Shown here: one piece after another, positions 40,748 through 53,603 of the stretch
Position numbering within the stretch: the first letter of the stretch is position 1
Layout of the letters: the number at the start of each line of letters is the position of its first letter
Source of the DNA: Antedon mediterranea
Taxonomy: Eukaryota > Animalia > Echinodermata
Assembly (NCBI RefSeq): GCF_964355755.1
Contig: NC_092678.1
Coordinates: forward strand, 25,127,365-25,191,364
Direction: 5' to 3'
Length of the DNA stretch: 64,000 nt
Position numbers and translations under genes: made by a program
Notes under the pieces: generated by a model
Told to the model about the DNA's origin: nothing
The model's input: only the letters and a program-made list of their open reading frames with translations
Databases searched by the model: none

Positions 40748-42316
40748 CTAGATTTGAACTCATCACTTTGACGAGTTCGGGTTATCCGCGCAAACGCAAC
40801 ATGCACATACTTAACTATATGAACCTCGACAATTATTATGCCATCCTATCACATGAAATAAATATGTTTACAGTGCTGAATTGTACCTATTATGTAGCAT
40901 ACAGCATATTACAGTATTTACAGAATAAACTGTATATGTTATATACAGTGTAGCACAGACGAAATTACGAGACCCATCTTTTAAATCCAATTATTAACAC
41001 GATGAAGTCATCAAATTGACATTTAAAGATAACAATTTTAGAAGATAATTATCTAAATAATTACATTAATACAAATTTGATGAATTTTGGGCACGTAAAA
41101 GTGAGATGCGCTCTCGTTTAAACGCAATGAACTTTTACGCAAGAGATGAAAATACGATTTTTTTTATTCAACTGGCCATATGATGACGTCACAACATCTA
41201 ATTGGCAAAATGTTTACATGAATTCGTATCTACAATCAAATAGCTTCCAGAAAACGTTTAATTCATGATTATCACTTTTTATTCTGACGACTCGGAGCTA
41301 TAACAGATTGAAATTTACTGTTAAGATGAAATAAGGTGACCCACGTTATTTACATTTTTAGACACGATGACGTCATAAAAATTAAATATTTTTAACTCAT
41401 GGGAAAGATAGTTGATTGATCTAGACAGTATTAAAATATCTGAGGAAATGGAATACGTATAAGCGAGATGCGCTCTATTTAATGTGATGAGCAATAACGA
41501 AAGAGTAAAAAATCCGATATTTTACATTCGTGTGGCCATACGATGACGTCATAACATCCGAGTGGTAAATATTCTGCATGAATTCATATCTACAACATAT
41601 CTGCTTACATATTAAATTAAAATAATTGGGGGTCAGATCCTGAGGAGCTATAATAGATTAAAAATAGGCATAATTTTGACAATATTTTGTAACTTTCGCA
41701 TCTGAAACGCACGCAAATGGTCTAAATCAACGTGTTCGTATGACGTCATTTTAATTTGAAATGATTTCAATCTTTTTAAAAAGAAAAACACATGATTTTC
41801 ATGCTCGTAATTTTTTTCGCGCGCGTGGGAATTTTCGACAAGCTTAAAATGTCATGATCAGCGTAGAAAGTTGATTAGAAATTAATTTTGCGCATTTTGA
41901 AATTTTAAATGCGCGTGCGCGCGTAACTTCTTGTGAAACATGCCATTTTTAATCCATAGAAAGTTTGCCCATGATATGACTTAAATTTTCACCAAGCGTT
42001 GCAATACAAAATGATTGAAATTCATAAAATCGCGCGTAACTTACGCTGCGCGACTCTAACGTCATATAACAAAGTTTCTTGCACATCTACAGCTACAGGT
42101 CAATCTTATGACAAAGTTATACAAAGTTATGTTCACAAGCAAATAGGGGATATGCGACGCACAAAAATCCGGGAAAGAAAGAAGAATAACAAAGAAGAAG
42201 ATGAAAAAAAAAGATATTTACAATCACAAGGGTTATCCGCAACTTAAAGTTGCGGATAACCAAAAAAAAGATTGTGACGACAATAACAAGGGGTTATCCG
42301 CCAAGTGCGGATAACC
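40748..42316 (-). mobile_element. Helentron/DINE-1-like non-autonomous element
   Basis: Sub-terminal GGGTTATCCGC repeats forming hairpins at ~42229-42261 and ~42291-42316, adjacent GAA-rich microsatellite; the other end has GGGTTATCCGC, hairpin GAACTCATCA-CTT-TGACGAGTTC and CTAG; internal ~367-bp duplication. Confidence 0.75.
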
Positions 42317-43334
42317 AATTAATTATTAAATAATGCCGTTACATTTTATTCACAAATGAAACCTGTTGTACTAGAAATAATGTGTTAAGGCAGAGAGTGT
42401 GTCGTTTAAATTAGTATACGTTTTGATAGTTACTGGATTCCAGTACTCTCTTTCTCCCATCTAAAACATTTTGATGTTTTCAATAAACAACACGATTACG
42501 GCGTTCCGTATACAGTACCTCGGATTCCATCCCGAGACGGCGACGACGATGGCCGAACCGAGCCGAGAGGGAGAGCGGAAGTAAACGCATATTAATTAGT
42601 CCGTAAAAAGAGAGGTAAATTGTTGCTAAATTAATAATAAATGTTGTTTAATTAAGCGTTTTGAACATCTTTTATAATATAAGTATATAATACTGCTATA
42701 AAGGTATATTGTGGCCTACAGTATTTGACATTTCACATCGTTTCTAGCTAGGCCAAGGCAAGGTACGGCCTAGCCTCCTCAGGGCAGCCTCTTAGGGAAC
42801 TTGTCCTAAACGACGAGTCGGATAATTTTGGTCGCGTTTCGAATCGGTCGCGTATATGGCATGAAAAATGTGCCTTATATATATTTTTATTTGCGTATTT
42901 ATCCAGGGTGCTGATTGGAGTGTGTGTTTCTAAATATATTTATTGGTGCATGTCTTCTCTTTATATGTATTGTTTTTATCTTACTTTTTAATTTAATATA
43001 AATCAATACTAGGCCTATGTAAAGTTTTTGATATTAATAATTATATTATATACATATATTTTAATTGTTTTAACTCTGAGCAAATGAATTTCTCCTTTGG
43101 TGGAAATCAATAAAATTATTTCTTAGTCCTATAATGAAAAGTCCATTAAATTAATAACTACAGTATTATTAATTCATATAAATTGTTATAGGCCTAGATA
43201 AAAACAAGGAAAAGAAATTAACGTAACAATACTGGAGTACTGTACTAATAAAAGCACTGCTGGCCGTTATATTGCCGAACTGTATTAGCTAATTTTTAAA
43301 AATTGATTATTGTTGTTTACAGATCCAATCAAAG

Positions 43335-45503
43335 ATGGCTACCAGTGATTTGACTAAATTTCTAGAAGATATCGATGAGAAGGTTCTAGAGTGTCAAATA
43401 TGCTTAAATAGACTCAACGAACCCAGAACCTTAACATGTCTTCATAGCTTCTGTTTGGGTTGTCTTGAAAACTGGTTAGAGAAAAATAAGAAAGAAATTA
43501 CCTGCCCAACATGCTCCAAATCTTATCAGATTCCGGAGGGTGGTTTAAAGAAATTGCCACCCAACACCTTTCTGAATAATCTATTAGAAAGAATTGAACA
43601 ATTCACGAATACAGATCAGATAAAATGTCTCTGTGGAAAGGAAAATCAAACTAAACATTACTGTCAAGATTGCAGACAATATTTGTGCCACGATTGTAGT
43701 GATACCCATAAGAAATATAGACTTTTTAAAAATCATACATTGCATGCCGTGGAAGAAGTTCAATCTATGAGTATCAGTGAAATCAATGCCATGCACCCAC
43801 CTCTGTGTTCCATCCACCATGAACCCTTAACAGTGTTTTGCAAAATATGCGATGTTGCCATTTGTATTCACTGTTTATACATGGACCACAAGGAATGGGA
43901 AGGAAAAGGAAAACATGTGACCATCAGCATAACAGATGCGTTCATAACGTTTAAACAAACATCAGAAGAATTGGAGAAAGTTGCTAAACAATGTACAGAT
44001 AAATTAAATGATGACCTTAAAGTAATGACTGATCATGTTAAGAAACTAGAAGAAAAGAGGGAAAAGAGTTTGAGGGGAATTGAAAGTCATGTAGAGGAAT
44101 TGGTAAGAAGAATAAAAGACAGTGGAGACAAATTAAAGAGTGAAGTGGAGGCAATGTACAAAATAAAGAGGAAGGCAACTGATGCTGACATAGAGGATGT
44201 GACAACGACTGTATCGTATATAAACACTAACATCAATTTGCTGCATCACCTAAAGAAGAGTAACGAAGCAACGGCAATGTTATCTGGTAATAATGTTGTT
44301 AGAATACTGGATGAAAAGGTCAAAGCAGCTTCTAAAACACAATATGATAGAAATGCAGATATTAACTTTGTTAAAAACAATCAACAAATTGTTTCATTGA
44401 ACGAGGATATTGGAATGGTTACAGAATCAAGGGAAGCAGACTGCTTTGAAATAAGAGGAGCTGAGAGCATGACGACAGGACAAACGCTTGATGTTAAAAT
44501 AATTAAAACTGATGATTGTGAAATAAATGCAAATGACATAAAAGCTACATTGACACAACCAACAGGAGAAACTATCATCACTGAAGTGGAAGAAGACATC
44601 AATGGTGACTATACTGTGATAGGTAGATGTACAAGTGCAGGGATTTGCAAGGTTGATGTTAGAGTTGATGGTGAACACATTAAGAAGTCACCAATGAGTA
44701 TCAATGTACAGAAAGAAGGATTATTAAACACTATAAAAATAGATAATGTTAAAGACGTTAAGGATGTAGTTAAATATGGAGACGACTGCTTGCTTGTTTT
44801 ATGTCAAGATAATGTCATTCACAAATACAAGCAAACAGGTGAAAACATTGGTACGGGTACACTATCAGGAGGTGTGAAGGTATGCAGAATGTACACAATG
44901 AACAATGGTAATATAGCATTCAGTGATCGGGGTAATGAATGCATCACAGTGTGCACTACGGATGGTAAGGTGGTTAAATCATTTGGTAAGGAAGTGTTGA
45001 GAAATCCATGGGGTATCCATGTGGATGAAGCATCACGTGTCATGTATGTAGCTAATGATAATAATGTAGTCATGTTTAACATTGAGAGTCGCAAGCTCAT
45101 TAAGAAAATAGCAGAATGTGATATTACTGGTTCTGAATTTGTAAATATCATTGATGTGACCCTTACAAGACAAGGACATATTCTTGTACTTTACCTTAAC
45201 GAAAGCTGCTTAAAACAATTTGATAATGAGGGAAAGTTGTTGAAGGAAATTGTCAATAAAGGTGATGAAGATGGTAAGGTGAAATGCCCCAATGGAGTAG
45301 TAGTTGATGATGATGACAATATCATAATATCAAGTTGGCACAAACTACAGCAGTTTAGTAATAGTGGAAAGTTCATTAAAAGGATTGATAAAAAAGAAGA
45401 TGGAATAAAAAATCCAAAAGGATTATCCATCATATCACACCATCCACGTAGACTGGCAGTGGCAAATAAAGGTGATAAAACAGTAAAAATATTTAATTAT
45501 TAA
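43335..45503 (+). CDS. TRIM-NHL E3 ligase-like protein (RING, two B-boxes, coiled coil, filamin, NHL), copy 1, 722 aa
   Basis: RING CQIC..CLHSFCLGC..CPTC; B-box2 CSIH..FCKIC..ICIHC..H; filamin GDYTV..VDGEHIKKSP; NHL xPxGI repeats; acceptor AG at 43321-43322 and candidate upstream donor at 42615. Confidence 0.93.
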   Translation: MATSDLTKFLEDIDEKVLECQICLNRLNEPRTLTCLHSFCLGCLENWLEKNKKEITCPTCSKSYQIPEGGLKKLPPNTFLNNLLERIEQFTNTDQIKCLCGKENQTKHYCQDCRQYLCHDCSDTHKKYRLFKNHTLHAVEEVQSMSISEINAMHPPLCSIHHEPLTVFCKICDVAICIHCLYMDHKEWEGKGKHVTISITDAFITFKQTSEELEKVAKQCTDKLNDDLKVMTDHVKKLEEKREKSLRGIESHVEELVRRIKDSGDKLKSEVEAMYKIKRKATDADIEDVTTTVSYINTNINLLHHLKKSNEATAMLSGNNVVRILDEKVKAASKTQYDRNADINFVKNNQQIVSLNEDIGMVTESREADCFEIRGAESMTTGQTLDVKIIKTDDCEINANDIKATLTQPTGETIITEVEEDINGDYTVIGRCTSAGICKVDVRVDGEHIKKSPMSINVQKEGLLNTIKIDNVKDVKDVVKYGDDCLLVLCQDNVIHKYKQTGENIGTGTLSGGVKVCRMYTMNNGNIAFSDRGNECITVCTTDGKVVKSFGKEVLRNPWGIHVDEASRVMYVANDNNVVMFNIESRKLIKKIAECDITGSEFVNIIDVTLTRQGHILVLYLNESCLKQFDNEGKLLKEIVNKGDEDGKVKCPNGVVVDDDDNIIISSWHKLQQFSNSGKFIKRIDKKEDGIKNPKGLSIISHHPRRLAVANKGDKTVKIFNY

Positions 45504-45753
45504 ATAATAATTAAATAACATTAGCATTAAATAAATAAATGTTAATACAGTAATTGTAATGTTACTCTCCGTATTGAACATAATTAAATAAATCAACTTG
45601 TAAATATAATACAAACGTGTACAGATTACAAATAAAATGTTATAGTGATCTTATGCATAAATTAGGCTTATTGTTATATAACAATAATCATTTTAATTTC
45701 ATTTACTTATAATTTTATATTTTTGTGGTAAAATATTATTGTTTATGAAGAAA

Positions 45754-45920
45754 ATATTGTAATTGAAATCAGAGGCGTCTTAAAGCTAATGTTTTACCTG
45801 GCGCCTCTGTGTAATATGTTGAATTAAAAACACAATATTGTAATTGAAATCAGAGGCTTCTTAAAGCTAATGTTTTACCTGGCGCCTCTGTGTAATATGT
45901 TGAATTAAAAACACAATATT
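45754..45920. repeat. 81-bp direct duplication next to the Penelope insertion site
   Basis: AATATTGTAATTGAAATCAGAGGC...AAAACAC present twice. Confidence 0.85.
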
Positions 45921-46200
45921 ACTTTTTCTTGAAAGAATTTCATTTAGCTTCGATTTTGTATAGATGACAAATTTCGTTTTTGTAAAAGCACAAGTTAACG
46001 GAGTACTTACTCGAACGTTTCGATCTCTATCAGAGATCCTTCTCAACTGACTGGGGAGTGTTAATGCAGCTTGGTCATTCTTGACGTCATCTGTTGATGA
46101 CGTCGTACGCCTCCGGTTGTAGGTTGGAGGTAATAAAAAAGAAGAGGAGGCGTACGACGTCATCAACAGATGACGTCAAGAATGACCAAGCTGCATTAAC

Positions 46201-46252
46201 ACTCCGCAGTCAGTTGAGAAGGATCTCTGATAGAGATCGAAACGTTCGAGTA
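46201..46252 (+). ncRNA. Minimal hammerhead-ribozyme-like motif in the pLTR (also ~49162-49212 on + and ~46008-46050 on -)
   Basis: TTGAGAAG, stem GATCTCT/AGAGATC, GAAA, CGTTC; the core is a variant of CUGANGA. Confidence 0.5.
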
Positions 46253-46319
46253 ATAAGTACTCCGTTAACTTGTGCTTTTACAAAAACGAAATTTGTCATC
46301 TATACAAAATCGAAGCTAA

Positions 46320-49160
46320 ATGAAATTCTTTCAAGATTTAAGAGAAAAATATGGTCAAGAAACCATCAACATCGTTCGCAAACAGGAAAATATCGCGAAG
46401 AAAATTTCACGGCAGAGAAATCACCGGGTATTCTCCCTTCATTGTAAGCGGTTGGACATTACCCCTCCGAGCCTGAAATTATATCGACCGATCAAATCGT
46501 CTAAAGCAGAGGAAATAATAAAACATGCAGAAAGACAGCTTTTACGCGAGAGAATTGGGGGTTTTTCGTAATAAGCTGTGTTTATCAGCTGATTTTATTT
46601 TATTTTATATACTTTTACTATATCTTGTTTTGTATTCATTGTGTAAAGTAATGATCTACTGTATGTATCGATGTAAATTGGGGGGGGGGGGTAGGATAGG
46701 GGTTGATAGTTGCTTTTGCCTTTTTTACTTTTCTGTTAATTGTTATATTTTATATTGTGAAGGATGCACCTTTGTGCTAAGTGTGCCACCGATCTAAAGG
46801 TGTAATTCCAAATAAATAAATCTATAAGAATCACCACCAACAAAATCACACAGTTAGAAGGCAAAAAGAAAGATTTAAATGAGGAAATCGTATCACTAAT
46901 TCCCAACGGAGGGGACATCACCAATGTATGTAATCACGTAAACAAAGTATGTGAAGCGGAATTCTTAAAATGCCGATCACGAAACAAAACAAACTGTTGT
47001 GGTGGAAAAACAAAGCAGAAAACGCAGCTAGAGATTTACATCAAGAACAGGATTTATCCGGTAAGATCTTAAGAGAAAAATGGGTGGTAAATCTGTCTAG
47101 TAAGTTGGTTAGTGAGGACGAAATATCAGCATTACAAAGGGGATTGAACTATGCGGCGAGCCCACGATCCATGCCCATTGACGATCTCATAGTAGCGGCT
47201 GAAAAAGCGGCTGATCTCGTCCCCCTGGAAGAACAAGACACCGTTCGCAGTAAAATTGTAGCTATTGTAAAATCTACCACTCTACCACCTTCAAATTTAA
47301 CCCCCAAAGAACGAAAGGCCATAAACAACTTGAAGAAAGATAAATCTATTCTTATTCTCCCAGCGGATAAAGGTAGATCTACTGTCATCCTAAATACTAA
47401 TGATTACAAAGATAAAGTGGGAACCATGGTGAGCGACACTAATGTTTACGAACTGCTAAAACGTAATCCAACACAAAACTATAAACGAAAAGTGGTCAAC
47501 ATCATAGGTAGGTTGTTCAAAGAAAAGAAAATCAACTACAGAGAGAAAGAATGGCTGTTTCCCACGGCTGAAATTGTACCTAGGTTGTATTGTCTTCCGA
47601 AGATACATAAACCAAATTGGCCATTAAGACCTATAGTAGATAACATCAACACCGTCTTTTACACCGTTGCACAATTCCTCACCAAAATCCTGGGTCCACT
47701 TGTCGGAAACACAGAAAATCATGTAACTTACTCAGGAGAGTTGGCGAGTGAACTAAAAGAAATAATAGTCAAACCAAGTGAAACATTTGTCTCGTTTGAC
47801 GTAGTATCTCTGTTTACAAAAACACCAGTAGAAGAGGCCCTCAAAGTTGTCGAAAATCGCCTAACAACAGATCCGACACTTCTGGATAGAACTAAACTAC
47901 ATGTGACAGACATAATGGAGCTCCTCGGTTTAATTGTGAACAAAACCTATTTCTCGTTCAATGGTAACAATTATAGGCAAATACAAGGCATTGCTATGGG
48001 AAGCCCAATAAGTCCTATATTGGCGAACTTGTATCTAGAGTGGCTCGAACATCAAGCCATAAACACGGCACCCACTAACATCAAGCCTGTGTATTGGAAA
48101 CGATACGTTGATGATGTATTAGCTATCATCCCCATAGGTACAGTACATACATTTAACACACATCTTAATAACATCGATATAACTGACAATATCAAGTTCA
48201 CCACAGAATCGATGACAAACAACACAATACCTTTCCTGGACATGCTCATCACACTCAATGACAATGGAACAGTTACCACCTCAGTTTATCGGAAGCCCAC
48301 TCACACAGACCAATATTTACATTTCAACTCACATCATCCACTCGAACACACTGGGGCTTATAAACACGCTTGTGGACAGAGCTGAGAAGGTAGTGGGAGA
48401 TATGGATTTGAGGAAAGTTGAGATGGATAACATCAAGAAATCGTTACACAACTGCCAGTATCCAGAGTGGTCCTTCCAGAGAGTTATGGAAAACCGAAAA
48501 AGAAAAAAGAACAAAGGACACGAACCACAGAAGGAAAAGATCAAGATGCGAGGTAGCATAGGAATCCCCTACGTAAAAGGAATGGCAGAAAGAATACGAC
48601 GCACTCTCTCCTATCACAATGTCGGAACCTATTTCCTACCCCAAAATAAAATCAAGAATAGCCTCGTCCACCCAAAAGATAAAATCGAGAAGATGGATAA
48701 ATGTGGAGTAATCTACGAAGTCACCTGCCGCAACTGTCCACAAGTTTACATTGGGGAAACAGGGAGGGCATTACAAACACGAATTAATGATCACAAAAAA
48801 GATGTTACAACAAACACGGGGGGAGTAATGACTAGGGCCTCCAGAACATCCACATCTTCGATCATACACAAATCTGCCATTACAGAACATGTCATAAAAC
48901 ACAATCATGTACCAAACTGGGAGGCTACCATCTTAACCAAAGAGCCTAAACGCAAAGACAGACAGATTAGAGAATCATTACATATAAGGAGAAATAAGGA
49001 GAAGACCATGAACCGGGACACTGGAGCCCACGAACTCTTGCATTTGTACAATGATTTGATAGACACATCACCTGGCCGAGCCCCGCACAACCTCCAACCT
49101 ACAACCGGAGGCGTACGACGTCATCAACAGATGACGTCAAGAATGACCAAGCTGCATTAA
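46320..49160 (+). pseudogene. Disrupted Penelope ORF (reverse transcriptase and GIY-YIG)
   Basis: ATG inside the pLTR; RT motifs ILPADKG, SFDVVSLFT, QGIAMGSPISP, RYVDD, FLD, VYRKPTHTDQYL; endonuclease GVIYEVTC..VYIGETGR. Broken by an insertion at ~46556-46825 and frameshifts near 46985 and 48350. Confidence 0.92.
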
Positions 49161-50957
49161 CACTCCGCAGTCAGTTGAGAAGGATCTCTGATAGAGATCG
49201 AAACGTTCGAGTAAGTACTCCGTTAACTTGTGCTTTTACAAAAACGAAATTTGTCATCTATACAATATTACTTATTATGCAAACTGTATATTGCCCAAGA
49301 CACGTAAGCTGACATTATGGTAGGATTTAAGTGATGACTTGTAAGTCAGGGAAACTGGTAGTGAACATATTTCGTATATTTCAGCCAAATTTAATTCTGT
49401 AAGTACATACTTATTAACACCCACAGATTCAGGACGCTATCGAATCAAACCAAAGAAGTATACTATAAAATACGTTTTATTTTTCCAAGTATAATCAGAT
49501 TATGTCATGTTATATTATTATTAAATTAATTACTGTAGGTAAATTTCTTATAGAAACACATTTTATTACACATTAATGAAACATTTCAACTGTATTTAGG
49601 TTTAATATAGTAAATGTGTGTATGTTTTTTTTTTGGCTTTAATTATTAAAACTAAATAAATAAATAACAATTTGTTACTTTATACTGTATTTAAAGTGAG
49701 ATAGAAATATTTCCTATCTTTTCCCTTATAATAGGCCTACTCCAGAAGAAGAATAGTGTTAAGGACACTAATACTTAATAGGTAATTTTACAGTGCTAGA
49801 TGTATGTATAGAAAGTTTTAAAAAAAGATTGGGGTAATTAAATCTTTTATAACTATTTCCTAGGGTTTTTCTCAAATAAATACAATACATAAGTCACATC
49901 TGCTACTTCAAATTAGGCTAAATTCCATAGTACGCTATTTGTGGAGTAAAGAATAACCTTTTCTGTTTGTATTAATTGAGGAACTTATTCCCTCCATAAA
50001 CGTTTCCGAGTAAAGGACAATGTTGCGTTCTTAACAATATAACTGTACATAAAAGAAGCAATCATGCTAGTCCAATAAAAATGCATCAAAGCTTCATTAT
50101 TCATATCAGAACCATTGTTTTAACATGCATCATTTGCGCCTGTCTACAAACAACTATCAAAAACTATCTATTGAGAAAAGGTAGGTTATTTAATAAGGTA
50201 GTACTAGTAGTAGGTTAATTTTGACACCATGTCGTACTTCCTGGTTTGGATAAGTGCACTGTTTTAGTATTTTAATAAACACAATCGTCATTCAATAATT
50301 AAATATAAAATAAATCGTCTTCATTTTCGATGTAAATTCTATGTCAAAATATTGAATAATACCACAAGTAGCCTATGTATCATACTTTTGGAAGTTAACT
50401 GCATATCGTCACTTTTGAATACACAGCGAATAGAAATAAGAACTAATCCAGTTTAATAATATTCAGGGCGTGACTGGTGACGTCATGACTAATGTCACAT
50501 GACCGATCGTTTTATAAAAATCGCTTTATAAACATCGATTTATAAACTAATTTCAGAGTATACCGATTGCCCGGGACTCTATAACATTTGTAGATCAACT
50601 ATGATTATTTACTACCAACTTAAACAAAAGGCTGTGATACAATTTGGTAGAAGTAACATGCTATAGCCCTCTATGAAAAGTGTAGAGTGTAATAATATAA
50701 ATACACTAACGTCACAAGAATCATGACTAAACACTTATTTCATATCGGAACCATTTGTTAGATCTCAGCAATTGGCCTTGTCTACATTATAGTGATAGAC
50801 TTGAACCATAATGTATCTTTACAAAATATCAAGTGGGCACGAAAAAATGGAAGACAATAGACTCAGTGAATTAGTAAATGTATTTCACCAGCAAACACAA
50901 TTAAAATAAAAGGAAAATAACCCTTAAAGTAATTATCAGTTCACAGATTAACACAGG

Positions 50958-53123
50958 ATGGCTTCCAGTGGTGATTTTGCTAAATTTCTAGAAGATATCG
51001 ATGAAAAGGTTCTAGAGTGCCAAATATGCTTAAATAGACTCCATGAACCCAGAACCTTAACATGTCTTCACAGCTTCTGTCTGAGTTGTCTTGAAAACTG
51101 GTTGGAGAAAAATAAGAAAGAAACTTGTCCAACTTGCTCCAAATCTTATCAGATTCCAGAGGGTGATTTAAAGAAATTGCCACCAAACACTTTTCTGAAT
51201 AATCTATTAGAAACAATTGAACAATTTACAAATACAGATCAGATGAAATGTCTCTGTGGAAAGGAAAATGAAACTAAACATTACTGTCAAGATTGCAGAC
51301 AATATTTGTGCCATGATTGTAGTGATGCTCATAAGAAATATAGACTTTTTAAAAATCATACATTGCATGCAGTGGAAGAAGTTCAATCGATGAGTATCAG
51401 TGAAATCAATGCGATTCACCCACCTCTGTGTTCCATCCACAATGAACCCTTAACAGTGTTTTGCAAAATATGCGATGTTGCCATTTGTATACACTGTTTA
51501 TACATGGACCACAAAGAATGGGAAGGAAAAGACAAACACACCATAATCAGCATAACAGATGCGTTTAAAACATTTAAACAAACATCAACTGAATTGGAGA
51601 AAGTTGCAAAACAATGTACAGATAAATTAAATGATGATCTTAAAGTAATGACAGATCATGTTAAGAAACTAGATGAAAAGAGGGAAAAGAGTTTGAGAGG
51701 AATTGAAAATCATGTAGAGGAATTGGTAACAAAAATTAAAGACAGTGGAGACAAATTAAAAAGTGAAGTAGAGGCATTGTACAAAATAAAGAGGAAGGCA
51801 ACTGATGCTGACATAGAGGATGTGACAACGACTGTATCGTATATAAACACTAACATCAATTTGCTGCATCACCTAAAGAAGGGCAACGAAGCAACGGCGA
51901 TGTTATCTGGTAATGACGTCATTAGAGTGTTGGATGAAAAGGTCAAAGCCGCTTCTAAAACAAATTATGATGGTAATGCAGAGATTAACTTTGTTAAAAA
52001 CAAACAACAAATTGCTTCATTGAACGAGGATATTGGAATGATTACAGAATCAAGGAAAGCAGACTGCTTAGAAATAATAGGAGTTGAGAGCATGACATTG
52101 CCAAAAATTGATGTTAAAATAATTAAAACTGATGAATGTGAAGTAAATGCAAATGACATAAAAGCTACATTGACACAACCAACAGGAGAAACTATCATCA
52201 CTGAAGTAGAGGAAGATGACAATGGTGACTATACTGTGATAGGTAGATGTACAAGTGCAGGGATTTACAAGGTTGATGTTAGAGTTGATGGTGAACAAAT
52301 TAAGAAGTCACCAATGATTAATAAAGTAGAGAATGAAGGATTATTAAAGAATATAAAAATAGAAAATGTTAAAGAAATTGAAGATGTAGTTAAATATGGA
52401 GAAGATTGCTTGCTAGTTTCATGTCGAGACAATGCCATTCACAAATACAAGCAATCAGGTGAAAACATCGGTAAGGTTACACTATCAGAAGGTGTGCAAG
52501 TAAACAGAATGTACACAATGAACAATGGTAATATAGCATTCAGTGATTGGGGTAATAAATGCATCACATTATGCACTATGAATGGTGGGGTTGTTAAATC
52601 ATTTGGTGAGGGAGTGTTGATACATCCACGTGGTATCCATGTGGATGAAGCATCACATGTCATGTATGTAGCTAATGATGACAATGTAGCCATGTTTAAC
52701 ATTGACAGTGGCAAGCTCATTAAGAAAATAGCAACATGTAATATTACGGGTTTTAAATTTGTAAATATCATTGATGTGACCCTTACAAGACAAGGATATA
52801 TTCTTGTACTGTACTGTAATAAAAGCTGCTTAAAACAATTTGATAACGAGGGAAAATTGATGAAGGTCATTGTCAATGAAGGTGTTCAATATGGTAAGGT
52901 GAAGCGCCCAAGAGGAGTAGTAGTTAATAATGATGACAATATCATAATATCAAGTAACCACAAACTACAGCTATTTAGTAATAGTGGAAAGTTCATTAAA
53001 AGGATTGATAAAGAAAAAGATGGAATCAACAAGCCTAATGGATTATCCATCATATCACACTATCCACGTAGAGTAGCAGTGGCAAATAATGGTGATAAAA
53101 CAGTAAAAATATTTAATTATTAA
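50958..53123 (+). CDS. TRIM-NHL protein, copy 2, 721 aa
   Basis: Intact ORF, same domain order as copy 1; acceptor TTCACAG just upstream of the ATG. Confidence 0.93.
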   Translation: MASSGDFAKFLEDIDEKVLECQICLNRLHEPRTLTCLHSFCLSCLENWLEKNKKETCPTCSKSYQIPEGDLKKLPPNTFLNNLLETIEQFTNTDQMKCLCGKENETKHYCQDCRQYLCHDCSDAHKKYRLFKNHTLHAVEEVQSMSISEINAIHPPLCSIHNEPLTVFCKICDVAICIHCLYMDHKEWEGKDKHTIISITDAFKTFKQTSTELEKVAKQCTDKLNDDLKVMTDHVKKLDEKREKSLRGIENHVEELVTKIKDSGDKLKSEVEALYKIKRKATDADIEDVTTTVSYINTNINLLHHLKKGNEATAMLSGNDVIRVLDEKVKAASKTNYDGNAEINFVKNKQQIASLNEDIGMITESRKADCLEIIGVESMTLPKIDVKIIKTDECEVNANDIKATLTQPTGETIITEVEEDDNGDYTVIGRCTSAGIYKVDVRVDGEQIKKSPMINKVENEGLLKNIKIENVKEIEDVVKYGEDCLLVSCRDNAIHKYKQSGENIGKVTLSEGVQVNRMYTMNNGNIAFSDWGNKCITLCTMNGGVVKSFGEGVLIHPRGIHVDEASHVMYVANDDNVAMFNIDSGKLIKKIATCNITGFKFVNIIDVTLTRQGYILVLYCNKSCLKQFDNEGKLMKVIVNEGVQYGKVKRPRGVVVNNDDNIIISSNHKLQLFSNSGKFIKRIDKEKDGINKPNGLSIISHYPRRVAVANNGDKTVKIFNY

Positions 53124-53603
53124 ATAATAGTTAAATAACATTAGCATGTGTTATTAACCTTACAAAAGTAATATACACAGTAATTGTATATAATTGTAAT
53201 GTTACTTTTCGTATTAAACATAATTAATTAAATAAATCAACTTGTAAATATAATACAAACGTGTACAGATTACAGATAAAATGTTGTAGTGATCTTATGC
53301 ATAAATTAGGCTTATTGTTATATAACAATAATCATTTTAATTTCATTTACTTATAATTTTATATTTTTGTGATAAAATATTGGTTATGAAAAAAAATATT
53401 GTAATTGAAATCAGAGGCGTCTTTATGACCATATTTCGTTTATTTCAGCCAAATTTAATTCTGTAAATATATACTTATTAACACCCACAAATTCAAGACG
53501 CTATCGTGCAAATAACAAAACAAGTATACTATAAAATAAATTTTATTTTGCCAATCAGTTTATATCATGTTCTATGATTATTAAATTAATTACTGTAGGT
53601 AAC

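Larger units (their letters stand above)
45925..49264 (+). mobile_element. Penelope-like retroelement (RT plus GIY-YIG endonuclease) with inverted 5' pLTR and direct 3' pLTR
   Basis: pLTR copies 45927-46130 (inverted), 46146-46336, 49091-49264; 12-bp TSD ACAATATTACTT at 45913-45924 and 49262-49273. Confidence 0.95.

Noticed and set aside
45867-46447. Two mirror-image ORFs (MMTSYAS...RRRTTSSTDDVK)
   Set aside because: Produced by the inverted pLTR; the real Penelope ORF starts at 46320 in another frame
46320-49160. RT beside a variable gene array as a diversity-generating retroelement-like system
   Set aside because: The RT is an ordinary disrupted Penelope with a TSD and is absent from the paralogous spacer; no template/variable repeat pair or adenine-specific pattern was seen, and recombination explains the variation more simply
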